A stretch of 64,000 nucleotides of DNA from a phage, in the NCBI GenBank assembly GCA_012690745.1, contig GCA_012690745.1_4086.1. One strand, given 5' to 3'. This document shows positions 60,147 through 64,000 of the stretch, one piece after another. How positions within the stretch are numbered: position 1 is the first letter of the stretch; every line of letters begins with the position of its first letter. The notes beneath the pieces are model-generated. The model saw only the letters and a program-made list of their open reading frames with translations. It was not told the origin of the DNA and did no database searches. A program made the translations under genes and the position numbers.

Positions 60147-61094
60147 ATGGCTAAAATGACACAACAACAATTTATAGATAAATCAATTAATCTACATGGT
60201 AGTATTTACACCTACAATAACACCGTGTATGTTAATGCACATCAACCAGTGTCTATTACATGTAAAATTCATGGTGACTTTACGGTAGTTCCTAATAAAC
60301 ATATTTCCGCAAAGCAAGGTTGTCCGGTTTGTTCTGATATTGCAAAGAAAGAACGTAAATCTAAAAAGTCACTGGAGTCATTCTTTACTGAAGCAAAAGA
60401 AGTACACGGTGATAAGTATGATTACTCTAAAGTGTTTTTCAACATTCGTTCAGAGAAAATTACTATCATATGCAAAGAAGAAGGTCATGGTGAATTTAAT
60501 CAGGTAGTTAGTAATCACCTAGCTGGACAGGGTTGCCCTGAATGCTCCAAAGCACTTATTGGTTTAAAGAAAAGAACACCAGAAGATGTATTCTTTGAAG
60601 ATTGTAAGTACATTCATATGGATGCATACGACTACTCCAATACAAAATATAATGGTATGTATGAAACAATTACACCAGTATGCAAACGTCATGGAGAATT
60701 CACAGTACTGGCAACTAAACATTATCATAGAAAGCAAGGTTGTCCGGTTTGTTCTGACATGGAACTAAAGTCAAGACCAGTTATTGAAATTCAGAATTTT
60801 TTAAAAGAGTATGATATAATATTTGAAATGGAAAAGAAGTTTGATGGTTGTAAAAATATAAACCATTTACCATTTGATTTTTATATTCCTTCACTGAATC
60901 TTCTAATAGAGTATGATGGTATTCAACACTTCAAACCAATAGAGTACTTTGGTGGTAAACAAGCTTTAGCTGAACAGCAAAGAAATGATGAAATAAAAAA
61001 TCAATTCTGTTTTAATAACAACATTACTCTTCTTAGAATAAAGTATTTCGAAGATCATATTAAAATCATCAAAGACTATATATCAAAACTTTAA
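60147..61094 (+). CDS. homing-endonuclease-like protein: three tandem zinc-ribbon modules plus C-terminal PD-(D/E)xK (DUF559/Vsr-like) nuclease domain
   Basis: Three repeats of HG(D/E)FTV....KH....KQGCP(V/E)CS; C-terminus FDFYIP...LLIEYDGIQHF. ORF track start 60132 is a GTG; ATG 60147 follows GTGAGG. Confidence 0.6.
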   Translation: MAKMTQQQFIDKSINLHGSIYTYNNTVYVNAHQPVSITCKIHGDFTVVPNKHISAKQGCPVCSDIAKKERKSKKSLESFFTEAKEVHGDKYDYSKVFFNIRSEKITIICKEEGHGEFNQVVSNHLAGQGCPECSKALIGLKKRTPEDVFFEDCKYIHMDAYDYSNTKYNGMYETITPVCKRHGEFTVLATKHYHRKQGCPVCSDMELKSRPVIEIQNFLKEYDIIFEMEKKFDGCKNINHLPFDFYIPSLNLLIEYDGIQHFKPIEYFGGKQALAEQQRNDEIKNQFCFNNNITLLRIKYFEDHIKIIKDYISKL

Positions 61095-61200
61095 AATATG
61101 ATATAGTTTTTTTAGAACCAAGTAATAAAAATGTTACTTGGGTTTTTATATGTGTAAAAGTTGGAACTAAGTACTTAATGAATATTTTTATAAAAATAGT

Positions 61201-61228
61201 GAGACAACTTTAAAGTTTGTGCTATAAT
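61201..61228 (+). promoter_or_regulatory. sigma70-like promoter (GAGACA - 16 nt - TATAAT) preceding the ORF-free region
   Basis: gagacaACTTTAAAGTTTGTGCtataat. Confidence 0.45.
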
Positions 61229-61234
61229 GTTTGT

Positions 61235-61665
61235 TGTAGTAATGACAATCCTGTTGAATGCAGAAATGCATATAAATTAGAACCTGATCCTATCGAAAAT
61301 GTAGATGGCAGATGAGCAGTTCAACAGTGCGATGAGCAAAAGAAACCCGTTAGATGTGGGCATAGTTTGAACCCCTCACGGCAATGCGGCTCAATAAAGA
61401 ACTCCGATAAGCATACAGAGAGTTCCTAGATAGACATATAAGGATCGCACCTTACCAGATTTGCTAAGGGAGTTTATTAAGTGATTTTAATAAACAGCCT
61501 GAAGTTTGATTGTATAGACTTTCAGGTGAGTGTCAGGATGATTAAGACTGACGACCGTTGCACATGACTGCGATAGAGAGAAACAGAGCAACCCGCTTTC
61601 GTTCTTAATATATTTTTAAGAAATTCGCAATACAATAAATGCTGAAACCATCAGCGTCAAGAAAT
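61235..61665 (+). ncRNA. candidate structured non-coding RNA locus (no ORF; flanked by promoter and terminator)
   Basis: About 430 nt without ORFs in a tightly packed genome; locally higher GC; internal hairpin CCTGAAGT...ACTTTCAGG (61497-61527); repeated GATGAGCA. No tRNA cloverleaf recognised by eye. Confidence 0.3.
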
Positions 61666-61690
61666 AGAGACTTCATTGTCTCTTTTTTAT
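61666..61690 (+). terminator. intrinsic terminator closing the ORF-free region
   Basis: AGAGAC-ttcatt-GTCTCT followed by TTTTTTAT. Confidence 0.7.
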
Positions 61691-61902
61691 TGTCTTCATT
61701 CCCCTGCGGGGGGATGAAAATGTCCTCAACAAATCCCGTCAAGTATTAAATCTTTTAAAGTTCTTTATAATTAATTTAATTAAATGAATATGAGTTACGT
61801 AGTAACGAATATTCTTCAGCTAACGAATGAAATGAGTTAGATGAATCCAATAATATTAAAATTAATCCTTTCATAATTCAATTCAAATAATTCTGTAGTT
61901 TA

Positions 61903-61936
61903 AAACCAAAAAAAAAACCAGCAACAATGTGCTGGC
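61903..61936 (-). terminator. intrinsic terminator (minus strand) after ORF 61947-62156
   Basis: Minus-strand CCAGCA-cattgt-TGCTGG followed by TTTTTTTTTTGG. Confidence 0.6.
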
Positions 61937-61946
61937 TATATGAAAA

Positions 61947-62156
61947 TTAGTGCTTCTCGTTTTGTTTTTTAATTTTTTTATTAAAAGACTTAACTAATAA
62001 GTCTCTATCTATTAATGGCATATTAAGGAGTGTTCCATAGTCAATGTTATCCATATATACAGAACATTCCATTAGTGCATTTTTGATTTCTGACTTATTC
62101 AGTTCTATCTCCTTCAGTACTTCTTGTATTTCTTCAGGAGATGACTGGAGAAGCAT
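61947..62156 (-). CDS. small hypothetical protein (69 aa)
   Basis: Start overlaps the stop of the upstream gene at 62156; K/E-rich. Confidence 0.4.
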   Translation of the reverse strand: MLLQSSPEEIQEVLKEIELNKSEIKNALMECSVYMDNIDYGTLLNMPLIDRDLLVKSFNKKIKKQNEKH

Positions 62157-62992
62157 TACTCGAAAAAATGACTAGGATCATATTTTAGTCCATCAATTTC
62201 CCATTGATGATTACATCCATCACATTCTACTTCCATACTATGTGATACTCCAATTTCAAGTACTTCATCCATTTTTTCACGAATTAGTTTAAGTACTCCC
62301 TTCGATTGTTGTCCAAGCCATTCATTAATAAATTCTTTTTCAACTACTTCATCACCATCTGGTGTTATAATTTTTGCAATAACTCCACCGATCATGTCGA
62401 AGTTAAGTTGAGCCATGTTTTCAAATACTTCAGAAAATATTTTTACTTTTTCATCTTTATCAATATCAGCAGTTTCAAGAAACTTAGTCTTCTGTTGCTC
62501 ACTGAACATGCGTTCAGCAAACGATGAATATTCTTTCCATGTAAGTGGTCTAAATTCTAAACGGAGTCCATTATCTAAATCAATTGATGGGATTTCTTCA
62601 AATGCTTGTGCAGTTTCAAGAAGATATGATAGATTACGCTCAAATCGACCTTCTTTTTCACATTCAGGACATACAACGTTAATATCATATGTTTCTTCTT
62701 TAGAAGCAACTTTAATAGCAATAAGAAGCATTTCAACGTCATTTACATACAACTCATCAGCGTCAATTACATTAGGAACACAGTTTTCAATAACACGGGA
62801 TACTGCATCTCCGTTTAGTAACATATCGGGGGTATTAAGTGTCATTTCATCACGTGCACTACGTGCACAAACTCCACATTTGACACCTTTTGGACCTAGG
62901 ACTCCTTCTTTATAAGGAATAACGCCGTTTGTAACTAACTTAGTACTGATCTCTTCAATTTTAGTGTACTTAGCAAGTGGATTCATAGCCAT
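62156..62992 (-). CDS. hypothetical protein with two CxxC pairs (putative zinc-binding)
   Basis: 278 aa; CGVC...CPEC...CDGC; ATG confirmed at 62992. Confidence 0.5.
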   Translation of the reverse strand: MAMNPLAKYTKIEEISTKLVTNGVIPYKEGVLGPKGVKCGVCARSARDEMTLNTPDMLLNGDAVSRVIENCVPNVIDADELYVNDVEMLLIAIKVASKEETYDINVVCPECEKEGRFERNLSYLLETAQAFEEIPSIDLDNGLRLEFRPLTWKEYSSFAERMFSEQQKTKFLETADIDKDEKVKIFSEVFENMAQLNFDMIGGVIAKIITPDGDEVVEKEFINEWLGQQSKGVLKLIREKMDEVLEIGVSHSMEVECDGCNHQWEIDGLKYDPSHFFE

Positions 62993-63122
62993 TTTATTAA
63001 ATCTCCATGTAATAAATGTGTTTTAGTATTTATAAGACCAAAAAAGATTAAATTAAACTAATTTTTATATTCTCTATAGTTTCATAAATATTTCTATAAT
63101 ACATCTATTAAAAGGGAATGTT

Positions 63123-64000
63123 ATGGCTGGAAATACAAGTGATTACCTACTCCAGCAGTTGGTTAATCAAACTAAAGATAACAACGATAGTTTGAGTGCT
63201 ATACGTGAGTTATTGGCTGAAAATATAAAAAATGATAGAAAGAAATCCGGTTCTAAAAGTGGAAAACGTAATGGAAGTAATTCATCAAGTACTGGAAACC
63301 GTGGCTCTCGAACAAATAACAAAGCTGATGATGGTAAAGAATTTGGAAAAATATTTAAATCATTATCATCTGAAGTATCGAATGTCGGCAAAACTATGAT
63401 GAGTACGTCTGCAAACGTTAGCAATGTTGTAAACTCACTAGGAATGAGTGCATCTTCATTTGCTGGTTCATTAGCAATGATCCCAGGTCCAGTTGGTGCA
63501 GCAGCATCTGCCTTCAAATTGGTTGCTGACGCTGGTTTAGCAGTTTATAATGTGTTAAATGCACAGCTTGAAGTTTATAATAGAATAAACAGTGCTGGTG
63601 TCGCTCTATCTGAAGGTTACGGCTCCATATTAAAAGGTGCTGGTGCATCAATGATGAGTATTGATGCATTTGGTGAAGCATTACAAACTCATAGTGCCGT
63701 TGTTGCACAATTAGATGGTGCATATGGTGATGGTGTTTCTACATTTGGTAAATTATTGGGTACTGTGCAACAAGCACAAAATCAATTAGGTTTATATGGT
63801 GTTTCTCAAAAAACATTAACTGATTTAACTGCACGTAATATTAAATTCCAAAAGCAATTTGGTGGAAGAGAAATGTTACGTAGTATGGATCAAGCAAAAA
63901 GTACTGAACAGTTTATCATGAGTATGACTAAGTTCAGTAAAAGTATGGGTGAGTCAGTTGATGCACTATTAAATAAAACACAAAACTTAGATAAATCATT
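63123..64000 (+). CDS. tape-measure / baseplate-hub gp29-like protein, 5' part (runs off the window)
   Basis: Open frame from ATG 63123 to the window end with RBS AAAAGGGAA; Ala/Ser/Gly/Asn-rich helical composition. Missing from the ORF track because no stop lies in the window. Confidence 0.5.
   Translation, partial: MAGNTSDYLLQQLVNQTKDNNDSLSAIRELLAENIKNDRKKSGSKSGKRNGSNSSSTGNRGSRTNNKADDGKEFGKIFKSLSSEVSNVGKTMMSTSANVSNVVNSLGMSASSFAGSLAMIPGPVGAAASAFKLVADAGLAVYNVLNAQLEVYNRINSAGVALSEGYGSILKGAGASMMSIDAFGEALQTHSAVVAQLDGAYGDGVSTFGKLLGTVQQAQNQLGLYGVSQKTLTDLTARNIKFQKQFGGREMLRSMDQAKSTEQFIMSMTKFSKSMGESVDALLNKTQNLDKS

Noticed and set aside
61235-61665. tRNA gene(s) in the ORF-free region
   Set aside because: I could not find an acceptor stem/T-arm arrangement or GTTCGAATC-type T-loop by eye, so the region is reported only as a candidate ncRNA.
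63167-63723. Two minus-strand ORFs (116 and 69 aa) at the right end
   Set aside because: They are antisense to a long plus-strand open frame with a good RBS at 63123 that continues beyond the window (tape-measure-like protein).

Overview
This window reads as a densely coded, AT-rich segment of a large T4-like (Straboviridae-type) myovirus genome, not a bacterial chromosome. All calls are from reading the sequence and ORF track by eye against remembered family motifs; no searches were run. Recognisable content: (i) a run of plus-strand genes of mostly unknown function (214-8315), including a duplicated pair, a PD-(D/E)xK-like small protein and very acidic proteins; (ii) an early-promoter-driven module of a MoxR/CobS-like AAA+ ATPase plus a VWA/HExxH protein (8630-11454); (iii) an intronless thymidylate synthase with a translationally coupled Rossmann-like neighbour (12472-13994); (iv) a minus-strand host-recognition cluster with a repeat-rich 1841-aa fibre, a collagen-like fibre and two proteins sharing an N-terminal anchor (14030-26818); (v) a Nudix hydrolase; (vi) a ClpA/Hsp100-type double-AAA+ unfoldase with host-like codon usage (32573-34861); (vii) a baseplate module on the minus strand: hub-like 749-aa protein, gp5-like spike with C-terminal GH24 lysozyme, free lysozyme, gp25/GPW-like, baseplate-J-like 1153-aa and a giant 3333-aa protein (34898-55521); (viii) gp55-like late sigma factor, gp47 (Mre11/SbcD-like) and gp46 (Rad50/SbcC-like); (ix) an endonuclease VII-like gene and a homing-endonuclease-like gene; (x) a ~450-nt ORF-free, GC-richer region flanked by a promoter and terminator (candidate ncRNA); (xi) the 5' part of a tape-measure/gp29-like gene running off the window. 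A recurring sigma70-like promoter (-35 TTGACA-like, 16-nt spacer, TGTGATATAAT) and many hairpin/T-run terminators punctuate the map. The best candidates for something undescribed are the AAA+/VWA-metallopeptidase pair, the phage-borne ClpA-like unfoldase, the acidic proteins and the promoter-to-terminator ORF-free locus.
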